The notes under the pieces are model-generated. The model ran no database searches, had not been told where the DNA came from, and saw only the letters and a program-made list of their open reading frames with translations. 64,000 nt of DNA from a virus, in the IMG/VR virus record IMGVR_UViG_3300046804_003780. One strand, written 5' to 3'. Made by a program: the position numbers and the translations under genes. Within the stretch, counting starts at the first letter, position 1; each line of letters starts with the position of its first letter. Below are positions 38,940-48,512 of this stretch, one piece after another.

Positions 38940-39232
38940 AGTTTGCTTAAAAGTTTATCAGTAAATGGTTGTACCGTGTCTGCAATATTTTCTACGTTAA
39001 GTATAAATTCAAGGTTGTTAATTTCTTCATCCAGCTCGTACAATTTTTTATTTACAATTTCTTCAATTTGATCGGAATCCAATCCTTGCTTCATCAAAGT
39101 TGATATGTTAATTGTATGCTGACGTTTACCTTTTAATTTTATAACTATTTTTTTTAAAAATTCTATTGGAATTTTACTTTTCTCAACATCTTCGAGTATA
39201 TGTTCCCATTTATCAAAAAAGTTAGGCGACAT
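38936..39232 (-). CDS. Hypothetical protein
   Basis: ORF track. Confidence 0.6.
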   Translation of the reverse strand: MSPNFFDKWEHILEDVEKSKIPIEFLKKIVIKLKGKRQHTINISTLMKQGLDSDQIEEIVNKKLYELDEEINNLEFILNVENIADTVQPFTDKLLSKL

Positions 39233-39863
39233 TCTTCTCTTTTTTATTTTTAACAGGTTTAGATTTTACTGCAGGAGTAAGTGATGCTGCTTCATCTTTA
39301 AGCCTTTTGGCTTCTGCTAATAAGCCTTTAGCTTCACGTTCCATTTTTTCAGCTTGTTCTAATCGTTGTTGAGCGAGGGTAGAATCATCCAATGCCCCTT
39401 GTGTTGCAGCGTTTGTTGTGTTATTTTTGCGCATTCTTCTGGCAACGTCTGCTGGATCTTGTAGTCCAGAACTAGCATCTAGTTCTGCAAGGCGTTTTAC
39501 TGCTGCCTCTCCCATAGCCATTTCATCAAGAATTTTGTTTAATTCTTCAAGTTTGATTTTTGTATTTGGCTGAGGTGTCATTACAACTTGGGAAGTTTGC
39601 ATTTTTTTAAGCAAGCCTTCACTATGTAATACTTGAAGAATTACCTTACCATCGACAGTGTAACTTCTGTTAAGCGCATCTGCTAAATTTTCACTATTTT
39701 GTCCAATATCACTTTCTACGCAACGCATCAATGAATCATGTAAATGTGCATTTAATATTTCAGTGTAAACTAACAAACACATATGAGGTTCACCTGGAAC
39801 CTCTCTAAAAATTACTGCGACTTTTCTATCCCCAACTTTCCCAACGTGTCTCATGAAACTCAT
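39222..39863 (-). CDS. Hypothetical protein with C-terminal coiled coil
   Basis: AGGAG SD; TAAATA upstream. Confidence 0.7.
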   Translation of the reverse strand: MSFMRHVGKVGDRKVAVIFREVPGEPHMCLLVYTEILNAHLHDSLMRCVESDIGQNSENLADALNRSYTVDGKVILQVLHSEGLLKKMQTSQVVMTPQPNTKIKLEELNKILDEMAMGEAAVKRLAELDASSGLQDPADVARRMRKNNTTNAATQGALDDSTLAQQRLEQAEKMEREAKGLLAEAKRLKDEAASLTPAVKSKPVKNKKEKNVA

Positions 39864-39926
39864 AATTTTTCTCCTGTAGGCTTATAAGCACAATTATTTA
39901 ATTGTAAATGTCTACTCAGAGATTTT

Positions 39927-40172
39927 TTAATTGGGTGCGCTTGCCCAAATTAATTCATAAAGCATGGCATCTTTTTCATCTTCAAAAAAAACTGCCATGT
40001 CACTAGATGTAGATAATTTATCATCTGCAGGAGCAAAAGCAAAACGTCCAGTTATTTTATTTTGAATCCATGTTCTAGCTGCCCAACTACAAGTAGTTGG
40101 ACACTTGATGAAATGGCGCGGAATGAATTTTAATTCTCGCTCCGCGTACCAAATTAAGGGATTTATATTCAT
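39927..40172 (-). CDS. Small protein (family B)
   Basis: VFFEDEKDAMLYELIW. Confidence 0.6.
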   Translation of the reverse strand: MNINPLIWYAERELKFIPRHFIKCPTTCSWAARTWIQNKITGRFAFAPADDKLSTSSDMAVFFEDEKDAMLYELIWASAPN

Positions 40173-40507
40173 ACTATAACACGTTTATCTTCTGTAGCAC
40201 GGTCACTGTAAATTACATGTCCGTTTTTTCGCACAAAATCTACCATGGCCTGAGGAGTAGTTTTAAAACCTTCACGTATCATATCTTCACTTAAGTCAGC
40301 CTCACAATCAAAAAGATATATTTCATAATTTCTTTGTGAATTGTTTCTTGCTCTTAACAATAAATGATTTAATGGAATACTTTCTGGTAAAGGCAATTCC
40401 ATTAACGTATTATAAGTACATTCACGCATGTACTTTGTTACATCAAATAGGCTTTCTAAACCATAACAATCCCATACAGCCAAATATTGATTAGTCTTGT
40501 TCATCAT
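40169..40507 (-). CDS. Hypothetical protein
   Basis: WDCYGLE, RARNNSQRNYEIY. Confidence 0.65.
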   Translation of the reverse strand: MMNKTNQYLAVWDCYGLESLFDVTKYMRECTYNTLMELPLPESIPLNHLLLRARNNSQRNYEIYLFDCEADLSEDMIREGFKTTPQAMVDFVRKNGHVIYSDRATEDKRVIV

Positions 40508-40598
40508 CGTTGCCTACTTTACTAATAAAGTAGGAAATTCCATAAATAAAAATACCAATCATACTAAGTGTTACGATTATAGATATAATTTGTTCCAT
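40491..40598 (-). CDS. 35-aa membrane peptide (not in track)
   Basis: SD TAGGAG; MEQIISIIVTLSMIGIFIYGISYFISKVGNDDEQD. Confidence 0.55.
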   Translation of the reverse strand: MEQIISIIVTLSMIGIFIYGISYFISKVGNDDEQD

Positions 40599-40611
40599 AT
40601 AAGTCTCCTAA

Positions 40612-41895
40612 TTATTTTTCATCATAAATTGCATATGTACCAAACGGGGGATTAGGATCCTTATCACCATGAATGATCCATGTAGTGTCACAATAGTCAG
40701 GATCACCCCAAGTACCGCAAGGGTAACCATCTGTGAACACAATCAATCGTTTTGGCACATTGCCGATTTCTTTGAGATAATCAAAGATTACACCAAAGTC
40801 AGTACCACCGCCACCAGCTGGTTCATACTCATCAATAGTGTCTAAATTTTCACTAGTAAAATCTTTTGGGTTATAAGTTTCAGTGTCAAAACAGAATACA
40901 TGAACCTTATACCCATCAAATGCATCCATCATGCCTGCAATCTCAGCAAGAAATTCTTTAGCCTGACGGTCGCTAATTGATCCACTCATATCAAGTGCTA
41001 CGACAACATCAATTTCTTCACCAGGAGTCATACCAGGCATAACTGCATCCATATGCCAACCACGGCGACTAGGGCGCATCCAACTATAGTCAGTACGAAT
41101 TGCACTAGTCAAGTTTGTTTGAATTAATTCACGCCAAGGCATGACAGGGCTAGTAACATCTTTAATAAGACGTTCAACACCTTTAGGTAGTGTGCCTGCC
41201 TCAGCACTTTGTGCTGCCTGCAGAATTGCTTGTTTCATTTCTTGACGGGCTTGTTCACGTTCCTCATCGGACATTTTCGGACGCTTAGATTTGCCTTCGC
41301 CATCCTCACCCTCTCCGTCGCTGTTACAATCACCATCGCTATCCATATGATCATCAAGCATTTTATCCAGTAGGTCATCAATGCTAATCTTTTGAATATT
41401 TTTCATTAGATCATCATAGATAGCCTCAGCATTCATGCCATCATACTTGCTTTCATACAAGCAAGGAACAGTAGTAATGAATTCACCAACTTTGTGACGT
41501 TTTAGATCGGCGTTCACTGCATAGTCATCAGCAATGTTCCAAATCTGTGGATCACGTGTGCCTCTACGACCCATATGATCGTACACTACGTGCAATACTT
41601 CATGACCAACTAAGAATTCTACTTCCTTAGTTTTAAGCATGTTGATGAAACGGGAATTGTAATAAAATCGTTTGCCGTCAGTCGCAGCAGTGCTGCACCA
41701 TTCATCGGCATTAATCAATTGCAAACGTGTTGCAAGATTACCAAAGAAACTGTGACGCAATAGCAAACCTACACGTGCAGTAACAAGGCGCTCACGTGCA
41801 ATAGCATCAATTTTAGGGTCAGTGGGACCTACAAGATTTTCAAAATCTTTACTGCGTTTTTTCTTCTTTTTAGTTGGGGCAATAACATCACTCAT
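40612..41895 (-). CDS. Putative metallopeptidase + VWA domain protein (DUF2201-type)
   Basis: TAATDG, HEVLH, DMSGS, GGGGTDF, FTDGY. Confidence 0.9.
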   Translation of the reverse strand: MSDVIAPTKKKKKRSKDFENLVGPTDPKIDAIARERLVTARVGLLLRHSFFGNLATRLQLINADEWCSTAATDGKRFYYNSRFINMLKTKEVEFLVGHEVLHVVYDHMGRRGTRDPQIWNIADDYAVNADLKRHKVGEFITTVPCLYESKYDGMNAEAIYDDLMKNIQKISIDDLLDKMLDDHMDSDGDCNSDGEGEDGEGKSKRPKMSDEEREQARQEMKQAILQAAQSAEAGTLPKGVERLIKDVTSPVMPWRELIQTNLTSAIRTDYSWMRPSRRGWHMDAVMPGMTPGEEIDVVVALDMSGSISDRQAKEFLAEIAGMMDAFDGYKVHVFCFDTETYNPKDFTSENLDTIDEYEPAGGGGTDFGVIFDYLKEIGNVPKRLIVFTDGYPCGTWGDPDYCDTTWIIHGDKDPNPPFGTYAIYDEK

Positions 41896-41923
41896 AACAC
41901 GCTCCTATCATTTCAGTTTTATT

Positions 41924-41952
41924 ATTATAGTACACAATAGATTTATTGTCAA
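41924..41952 (-). promoter_or_regulatory. Sigma70-type early promoter
   Basis: TTGACAATAAAT...TATAAT, 17-nt spacer. Confidence 0.85.
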
Positions 41953-41964
41953 ATCAAGACCTTT

Positions 41965-41999
41965 AAAAAAAGGGTGAGAATAGTTCGCTACTCTCACCC
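41965..41999 (-). terminator. Rho-independent terminator
   Basis: GGGTGAGAGTAG-CGAA-CTATTCTCACCC-TTTTTTT. Confidence 0.85.
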
Positions 42000-42030
42000 A
42001 AATGGTATATTTTCATATACCGGGAGCTAC

Positions 42031-43128
42031 TTAAGATCCTGCTTCAACAATGTACTTACCATATTTCTTGTGGAAGTCATCAAAGTTTTTCAATTGACTA
42101 GGTTCAATCGGAAGCTTATATGTTTTAAGTGCAATTTTAGCACTTACAACTACAAGTTCAGTTTCAAAATTATTCATTGCATATGCAAAGAAATTATCAG
42201 CCATTTCATGAAACTTTTTCATGTCCACTTTTTTATTATCAACGGCATCTTTTAATTCATAGCACATTGAAATTGCAAGTGAATACATTGCCGAAACTTC
42301 TTTTACTGCTAGGTCTTTTACCTTACCATTTAGAATATCGCTAGGCTCGGGCATCTTGCCTGCAAGCTTACGGTGTGCTGCAAATTTAACTGCAAGACCT
42401 TCACCAATAGCACCACTGACCAAATTAAACTGTGTGTCAGTGTCCATTGTTTCATCTTGCAATAGATCACTTACAAAGCACCAGCTACGTGGAGTAGCGA
42501 ATGCACGACTACTACCTTTGCTATCAAAATCGTATAGATCCTGTTTTGCAAAACTCAAATAACCAACAACATCCTTATGAATTTTCTTGTCAACAGCCCA
42601 CAACTGCCATGCATTGAAGTCGGCTCGCATTTCAAGGTGAATAAAACGATTCGCAAGCGGCATCGGCATACGATAAGTAACACCTTTGTCACTATCACGA
42701 TTACCTGCTGCTACTATAACAACATTGTCAGGCAGTTTGTATTTACCTACTTGACGATTAAGTACCAGCTGATAGCCTGCTGCTTGCACTGCGGGAGGGG
42801 CACTATTCATTTCATCTAAGAATAGCACAATGAGTGGATATTTACTTGCAAATTCTTCATCAGGCAAATCGACTGGGGGTGCCCAATCCATTTTGCCTAG
42901 TTCTTTGTTGAAATATGGGATACCACGAATGTCAGTAGGTTCCATTTGTGCCATACGCAAATCAATCATAAAGCCGCCAAGTTCTTGTGCGACCTCAGCG
43001 ACAACCTCAGATTTACCAATACCGGGCGGCCCCCACAAGAAGATAGGTCGTTTTGCCTTAAATGCACTTAGCATTGCCTTACGGGTTTGAATACTAGTAA
43101 TAGTATGATTATCAGATACTTTTGCCAT
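42031..43128 (-). CDS. MoxR-like AAA+ ATPase
   Basis: GPPGIGKS, LFLDEMN, AAGNR, LANRF, TPRSW; paired with the VWA gene. Confidence 0.9.
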   Translation of the reverse strand: MAKVSDNHTITSIQTRKAMLSAFKAKRPIFLWGPPGIGKSEVVAEVAQELGGFMIDLRMAQMEPTDIRGIPYFNKELGKMDWAPPVDLPDEEFASKYPLIVLFLDEMNSAPPAVQAAGYQLVLNRQVGKYKLPDNVVIVAAGNRDSDKGVTYRMPMPLANRFIHLEMRADFNAWQLWAVDKKIHKDVVGYLSFAKQDLYDFDSKGSSRAFATPRSWCFVSDLLQDETMDTDTQFNLVSGAIGEGLAVKFAAHRKLAGKMPEPSDILNGKVKDLAVKEVSAMYSLAISMCYELKDAVDNKKVDMKKFHEMADNFFAYAMNNFETELVVVSAKIALKTYKLPIEPSQLKNFDDFHKKYGKYIVEAGS

Positions 43129-43166
43129 TTATATTAGCTCCTAAAAATTATTTACATAGAACCTGT

Positions 43167-43195
43167 ATTATAAGACAAACATGATTTACTGTCAA
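43167..43195 (-). promoter_or_regulatory. Sigma70-type early promoter
   Basis: TTGACAGTAAAT...TATAAT, 17-nt spacer. Confidence 0.85.
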
Positions 43196-43211
43196 AAACA
43201 TGTTTGCCCAA

Positions 43212-43364
43212 TTATTGTGTTGCTTCCAACTCTTGAATTTGTTTGTAAAGCGCCCAACGCTGGAGATCAATTGCTAGATTGGTTTCTTCATCAAAACAAC
43301 CAGACTGCTCATCTAAATGAACAAGTTCATTATACAATACATCAAGTAGATTTTGGTCACCCAT
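43212..43364 (-). CDS. 50-aa hypothetical protein (not in track)
   Basis: GAGGAG SD; MGDQNLLDVLYNELVHLDEQSGCFDEETNLAIDLQRWALYKQIQELEATQ. Confidence 0.6.
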   Translation of the reverse strand: MGDQNLLDVLYNELVHLDEQSGCFDEETNLAIDLQRWALYKQIQELEATQ

Positions 43365-43369
43365 AATTT

Positions 43370-43594
43370 TTACTCCTCAAACATTTTAGCAGATTGTGCT
43401 GCCAATTTTTTAATTGCACGACCAGCTGCTTCACGGCTGTTAGTAAATGCATAATCATCACTGAGACTATTAAAACCGTGATACAATTCCCACTTACCGT
43501 CAACTAACCATTCAACCTTAACATCATATGCAGTATCGAAAGGTGAACCGTCATGTACGATACGAACCTTACCAAAATCATGTGCTATATACAT
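43370..43594 (-). CDS. Hypothetical early protein
   Basis: TAAGGAG SD before MYIAH. Confidence 0.65.
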   Translation of the reverse strand: MYIAHDFGKVRIVHDGSPFDTAYDVKVEWLVDGKWELYHGFNSLSDDYAFTNSREAAGRAIKKLAAQSAKMFEE

Positions 43595-43605
43595 TTTATT
43601 TCTCC

Positions 43606-43923
43606 TTATGCCCAAACAATTTCTTTTACAGGAAATTCAATCTTACCTTCAAACTCAAGTTGGTCACGCTCAAACTGTGTGAGGAAATCGTCACTAACCA
43701 ACTGGTAATCAATAATAGTTTCTACTATGTAATCATTTGCCTTTTCAATTTCATTACGCAAAGCCATCACAATTTTAGTTGCCTCTGGTGCATTTTTAAT
43801 ATTACGCACAACATACTCATCACCACCCTTGGCTTTCCAATATGCATCTTCACCTTTGCCGATGGAACCATCTTCTTTCCATGCATAGTTTTCAAAAACT
43901 TGGGTAGTGATTAGCAGTTTCAT
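43606..43923 (-). CDS. Hypothetical early protein
   Basis: MKLLITTQVFENY..YWKAKGG; AGGAG SD. Confidence 0.7.
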   Translation of the reverse strand: MKLLITTQVFENYAWKEDGSIGKGEDAYWKAKGGDEYVVRNIKNAPEATKIVMALRNEIEKANDYIVETIIDYQLVSDDFLTQFERDQLEFEGKIEFPVKEIVWA

Positions 43924-43952
43924 ATTAGCTCCTGTTGTTTGACTATACCGTT

Positions 43953-43981
43953 ATTATATAACCTTTTGGATTTATTGTCAA
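43953..43981 (-). promoter_or_regulatory. Sigma70-type early promoter
   Basis: TTGACAATAAAT...TATAAT, 17-nt spacer. Confidence 0.85.
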
Positions 43982-43994
43982 CCAAAAAGTGTTA

Positions 43995-44225
43995 TCAATC
44001 TAGCAATGTCATGTAAGCTTCGGCGTTGTTGTCGATGAACCAGTTAATGCCCTTGCGAACACCATTGTAGTCACCCATCAACTCACAACCCTTCAAGTAG
44101 TCATAAACAGCAACTTCCTCAGGGGTAAGCATACAAGTTTCACCTGAGAACGGGTTACGAACTTCAACAGGCTCAGAGTCCATAATTTGAATACCGGGGA
44201 AAATCTGAAAAATTGTCTTTGACAT
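43995..44225 (-). CDS. Hypothetical early protein
   Basis: NPFSGE, AYMTLLD; TAAGGAG SD. Confidence 0.7.
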   Translation of the reverse strand: MSKTIFQIFPGIQIMDSEPVEVRNPFSGETCMLTPEEVAVYDYLKGCELMGDYNGVRKGINWFIDNNAEAYMTLLD

Positions 44226-44255
44226 TTACTTCTCCTTATTAATCACTGTAAAGAC

Positions 44256-44284
44256 ATTATATACCCAAACGGATTTATCGTCAA
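44256..44284 (-). promoter_or_regulatory. Sigma70-type early promoter
   Basis: TTGACGATAAAT...TATAAT, 17-nt spacer. Confidence 0.8.
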
Positions 44285-44285
44285 C

Positions 44286-44314
44286 CAAAAAAAATGTTGC
44301 TAAAAAGCAACATT
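44286..44314 (-). terminator. Terminator (or operator palindrome) after the aminotransferase gene
   Basis: AATGTTGCT-N4-AGCAACATT followed by a T run on minus. Confidence 0.55.
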
Positions 44315-44340
44315 GTTAATTTGTAAACATTTCTATTTTA

Positions 44341-45507
44341 TTAATTGTTTCGCCAGTATTCACTTGCTGCTGCGACTCCACTGCCTGGAGTTATTTGTAT
44401 GCCACAATCTAGCATTGCCATTTCTGCACCAGCTATAGCAGCCATTAAGTGTACTTCATTCATATCACCTAAGTGACCTATACGGAATAGTTTCCCAGAC
44501 ATTTTACTTAATCCCGCACCCAATGATAGGTTATATCGTTTGTACGCTCTACTAATAACATCTGCACCATTGAAGCCTTCTGGTACCATAATTGCTGATA
44601 CTGTGTCACTATACCATTTGCTATCTTTCGCACACAATTGTAAGCCCCAACCATCTATCACAGCACGGCGTACACCCTCAGCAAGATAGTGATGGCGTTT
44701 AACAATGTTATCTAAACCTTCTTCTTCTATCATGTTAAGTGCTTCGGCAAGCCCATATAGTAATGAAAGTGCAGGCGTGTATGGGAAATATCCTGTACTG
44801 TTAGAGTTCAACATGTCATCTAAATCAAAATAACTGCGTGACAATTTTGCAGTTTTTGTTTTATCTAATGCTTTTTTACTTGCACATAATATGCCTAACC
44901 CTGCAGGTAACATGAATCCTTTTTGTGATCCTGTTACAGCCATATCAACACCCCATTCATCAAATCTAAAGTCTAATGATCCTAATGAACTTACACAGTC
45001 AACAAATAACAATGCAGGGTGATCAACTTCTTTGAGTGCCCAACGGACTTCACTGATACTTGATGTAACTCCTGTAGCAGTTTCATTGTGACAGGCTAAA
45101 ACTGCTTTGATTTCTTGATTTTTGTCTGCTGCAAGAATTTCAGCAAACTTAGCTACAGGTATTCCTGTACCCCAGTCACAATCAACTATAATTACTTCTA
45201 GTTTATGTTTAAGACACATCTCTATCCAAAGATGACTAAACTGACCAAATCTAGCAGTCAATACTTTATCACCTGGACTTAATGTATTTGTTATTGCGGC
45301 TTCCCAACATCCTGTGCCAGATGAGGGAAATATAAAAGGCGTACCTGTATGGGTACGGAATACCTTCTTAAGCTTCGGGAACAATTGATTATACAGTTCA
45401 GGAAACTTAGGTGAGCGATGGTCTTCCATAGATACCATCATTGCTCTTAAAATACGATCAGGAATGTTTGTAGGCCCAGGTACAAACAAAAAATTGCGTC
45501 CAGCCAT
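44341..45507 (-). CDS. Class V PLP aminotransferase, serine-glyoxylate (SgaA/AGT1/BhcA-type)
   Basis: FVPGPTN, EDHRS, SSGTGCWE, HNETATG, DCVSSL, GSQKG, FRIGHLG. Confidence 0.92.
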   Translation of the reverse strand: MAGRNFLFVPGPTNIPDRILRAMMVSMEDHRSPKFPELYNQLFPKLKKVFRTHTGTPFIFPSSGTGCWEAAITNTLSPGDKVLTARFGQFSHLWIEMCLKHKLEVIIVDCDWGTGIPVAKFAEILAADKNQEIKAVLACHNETATGVTSSISEVRWALKEVDHPALLFVDCVSSLGSLDFRFDEWGVDMAVTGSQKGFMLPAGLGILCASKKALDKTKTAKLSRSYFDLDDMLNSNSTGYFPYTPALSLLYGLAEALNMIEEEGLDNIVKRHHYLAEGVRRAVIDGWGLQLCAKDSKWYSDTVSAIMVPEGFNGADVISRAYKRYNLSLGAGLSKMSGKLFRIGHLGDMNEVHLMAAIAGAEMAMLDCGIQITPGSGVAAASEYWRNN

Positions 45508-45630
45508 TGTTTTCTCCAACGCTCATTTACTAGCAGCAAAGTATTACTTAGCTTATTTCGTAGGGTATAGTCAAATAAGTTGGGTGATCCAAATCTAGTT
45601 TACACTAAATACTTAAATGAGGACTAATAA

Positions 45631-48510
45631 ATGAGTTGGCCAGTATCCCCTACCAATGGGCAGCAAGTAGAAATCAATGGTATTCTATATGAGTATAGTT
45701 CAACTGACGGTGTTTGGAACCGCATAGGATTTGTTCCTACTGGAATATCTTTACCGTTTTTACAAACTCCAAATTTAACCGTAACCAACCTTGCTGATTT
45801 AGGTAACGTAGGTAACGTTAGAATTACCGGGGGAACAGCAAATTACATCTTAAGAACTGACGGAGCAGGTAATTTAACCTGGATACCTCAGGCTGCACAA
45901 TCTGCTGCAGGTAATGCAACTGAAATACAATTTAATACAGGTGGAGTTTTTACTGCCGATCAAAATCTAAGATTTTTTACTGGTAACAGCACATTAAGCA
46001 CAACAAACGTTGCTGCTGTAATTACTACTGCAAGCCAGCCCTATATAACAAGCTTAGGTACACTTAATGGCGTTACAGTATCAGGTAACACAAATACCGG
46101 TAATATTAGTGTATCAGGAAATATTACGTCTGCTAATGCTAATTTAGGTAATGCAGCAGTCGCTAATTTCTTTACAGGAACATTAACTACTGCAGCACAA
46201 CCAAATATTACCAGCTTAGGTATTCTGAATGGGCTATCAATATTAGGAAATATTAATGGTAATATTTTACCGAATGCGAATAACACGTTCACTTTAGGTT
46301 CTAGCACTCAAAGATACAACTATGTGTATACCTCAGCAAATGGTTTGTTAATTGATAATGTATCATTGTTTTCAAATAGTGGAAATTTAACAAGTAATGG
46401 AAACATTTTTACAACTGGAAGATTTATATCTAATTTGGTAACAGGTAATGCACCATTGATCGTAAGCAGTAACACAATGGTTGCTAATTTAAATGCTAAT
46501 CTGTTGCAAGGTTTTTCAGTAAGTTCTGCAAATGTAGCCAACACGATTGTGGCGCGTGATGCCAATAATAATTTTTCAGCAAATATAATTACTGCCAATA
46601 TTACAGGTAATTCAACCACAGCAGGTACAGTAGTAACTAATGCACAGCCTAATATAACAAGTGTAGGTGTATTAACAACTCTTAGCATATCAGGAAATGT
46701 GGTATCGAGTAACGCTAATTTAGGAAATACTGTTACTGCTAACTTTTTTGTTGGAAGCGGTAACAGACTTAGTAATATTGTAGCAGGCAACATTAATGGG
46801 ATAGTAGCTAATGCATTTTATTCAGACAACGCAGGTAATGCACAAACTGCAACAGCAGCCACTCATGCTGCAACATCCAACACTGTTGTTGATGCTAATC
46901 AATCCAATATAACAAGTGTTGGTACATTAACCAGCTTAAGTGTAGCAGGAAATATAAATTCAGGTAATGCTACATTAGGAAATACTGTAACTGCAAATTA
47001 TTTTGTAGGTAATATAACAGGAAACGTTACAGGTAATATAAATTTGCCAGGTAGCAATACACATATACTTTTTAATAATGATGGTGTGTTAGGTGCAACA
47101 AATGGTTTCACATTTAGTTCAGTAAGCAATGCAGTAACTATTGCAGGAAACGTAACCGCAGGTAATGCAAGCTTAGGAAATTTAGTTGTTGCTAACTTCT
47201 TTCAAGGAAGCGGTAACAGATTATCAAACATCAATGGTGCAAATGTAAGTCAAGTTGCCAATGCGAATTTTGCATCATTTGCGAATATTGTTAATTTAGC
47301 TAACACAGCTAATATTTCAAACTTTGCTGGTCGAGTAACGATAAATGCGCAACCAAATATAACTAGTGTAGGCAATTTAAGCAATTTAATAGTAAGTACA
47401 GGTGCTTTAAATTCTTCAAGTCCAGTTCAATTTAATCAAATTTGGAATAATGTAAATCAGTTATTTACAGGTATCAGGCAAAATATTACTGATAATAATA
47501 GTAATATTGACAGTTTACTAGTGGACTTACGTGTAGGTAATACTACAATGTTTAGTGTTACAAAAAATGGTACAGCAAATGCATCAAATATAAACACAAC
47601 GTTCATAGCAGGAACACTTACAACTACAAGTCAACCTAATATAACTAGCGTTGGTAATTTACTATCGCTGACGGTGAACGGTAATATAAATGCTCCTAAT
47701 GTGTATGCGAATTTCTTTGGTGCTTTAAATGGGAATATAGGAGCAAACGTTCCGAACAGTGCAATTTTTACAAATGTAACAGTTACGTCAACTGCTAATG
47801 TTACCGGCAATATTAGAGTTGGAAATGCTAACTTAGGTAATTTAGCTGTAGCTAACTTCTTTAGCGGCGACGGTGGATTTTTAAGTAATGTAAGTGTACC
47901 GGCTAATACACAAATTATAAACGGTAATAGTAATGTAATAGTACAAGCCAATGCGAACGTGCGCATATCTGCAAATGGTATAACTCAACTTATAGTTACA
48001 TCAACAGGTGGGAATGTTACCGGTACACTTAGCGTTGGTGGCAATTTAACCGCTGCTAATGTTTCAACTGGGAATATAACTACAACAAGTGCATTATCTG
48101 TAGTAGGAACAACCAATTTAAATGTAACAAATTTTTCAAATATTGCAACTTTTCAACAAACAACAGATGTATTAAATCAAAAAGTAAATGCTTCAGGTAC
48201 TGTAACTCATAATTTTCAAACTGGTGCAATATTTTATCATGCAAACGTTGCAAATAATTTTACTGTCAACTTAACAAACGTACCAACTACAGCAAATAGG
48301 ACAATTGTTGTGCCAATAATTATTCAACAAGGCGTGAGTGCTTATATTGCAAATCAATTTCAAATTGATGGATTGTTTCAATCTATCAATTGGTTAGGCA
48401 ATGTAATACCTGTAGGGACGGCTAATGCAGTTGATGTTGTTGGTTTTACTTTAATACGAACAACATCTAATTGGACAGTGTTAGGACAATTAACAACTTA
48501 CGGCGGTTAA
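45631..48510 (+). CDS. Tail fibre protein (Asn-rich repeats)
   Basis: WPVSPTNGQ N-terminus; AQPNITSVG repeats; shares repeats with the 1..7140 protein. Confidence 0.8.
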   Translation: MSWPVSPTNGQQVEINGILYEYSSTDGVWNRIGFVPTGISLPFLQTPNLTVTNLADLGNVGNVRITGGTANYILRTDGAGNLTWIPQAAQSAAGNATEIQFNTGGVFTADQNLRFFTGNSTLSTTNVAAVITTASQPYITSLGTLNGVTVSGNTNTGNISVSGNITSANANLGNAAVANFFTGTLTTAAQPNITSLGILNGLSILGNINGNILPNANNTFTLGSSTQRYNYVYTSANGLLIDNVSLFSNSGNLTSNGNIFTTGRFISNLVTGNAPLIVSSNTMVANLNANLLQGFSVSSANVANTIVARDANNNFSANIITANITGNSTTAGTVVTNAQPNITSVGVLTTLSISGNVVSSNANLGNTVTANFFVGSGNRLSNIVAGNINGIVANAFYSDNAGNAQTATAATHAATSNTVVDANQSNITSVGTLTSLSVAGNINSGNATLGNTVTANYFVGNITGNVTGNINLPGSNTHILFNNDGVLGATNGFTFSSVSNAVTIAGNVTAGNASLGNLVVANFFQGSGNRLSNINGANVSQVANANFASFANIVNLANTANISNFAGRVTINAQPNITSVGNLSNLIVSTGALNSSSPVQFNQIWNNVNQLFTGIRQNITDNNSNIDSLLVDLRVGNTTMFSVTKNGTANASNINTTFIAGTLTTTSQPNITSVGNLLSLTVNGNINAPNVYANFFGALNGNIGANVPNSAIFTNVTVTSTANVTGNIRVGNANLGNLAVANFFSGDGGFLSNVSVPANTQIINGNSNVIVQANANVRISANGITQLIVTSTGGNVTGTLSVGGNLTAANVSTGNITTTSALSVVGTTNLNVTNFSNIATFQQTTDVLNQKVNASGTVTHNFQTGAIFYHANVANNFTVNLTNVPTTANRTIVVPIIIQQGVSAYIANQFQIDGLFQSINWLGNVIPVGTANAVDVVGFTLIRTTSNWTVLGQLTTYGG

Positions 48511-48512
48511 AT

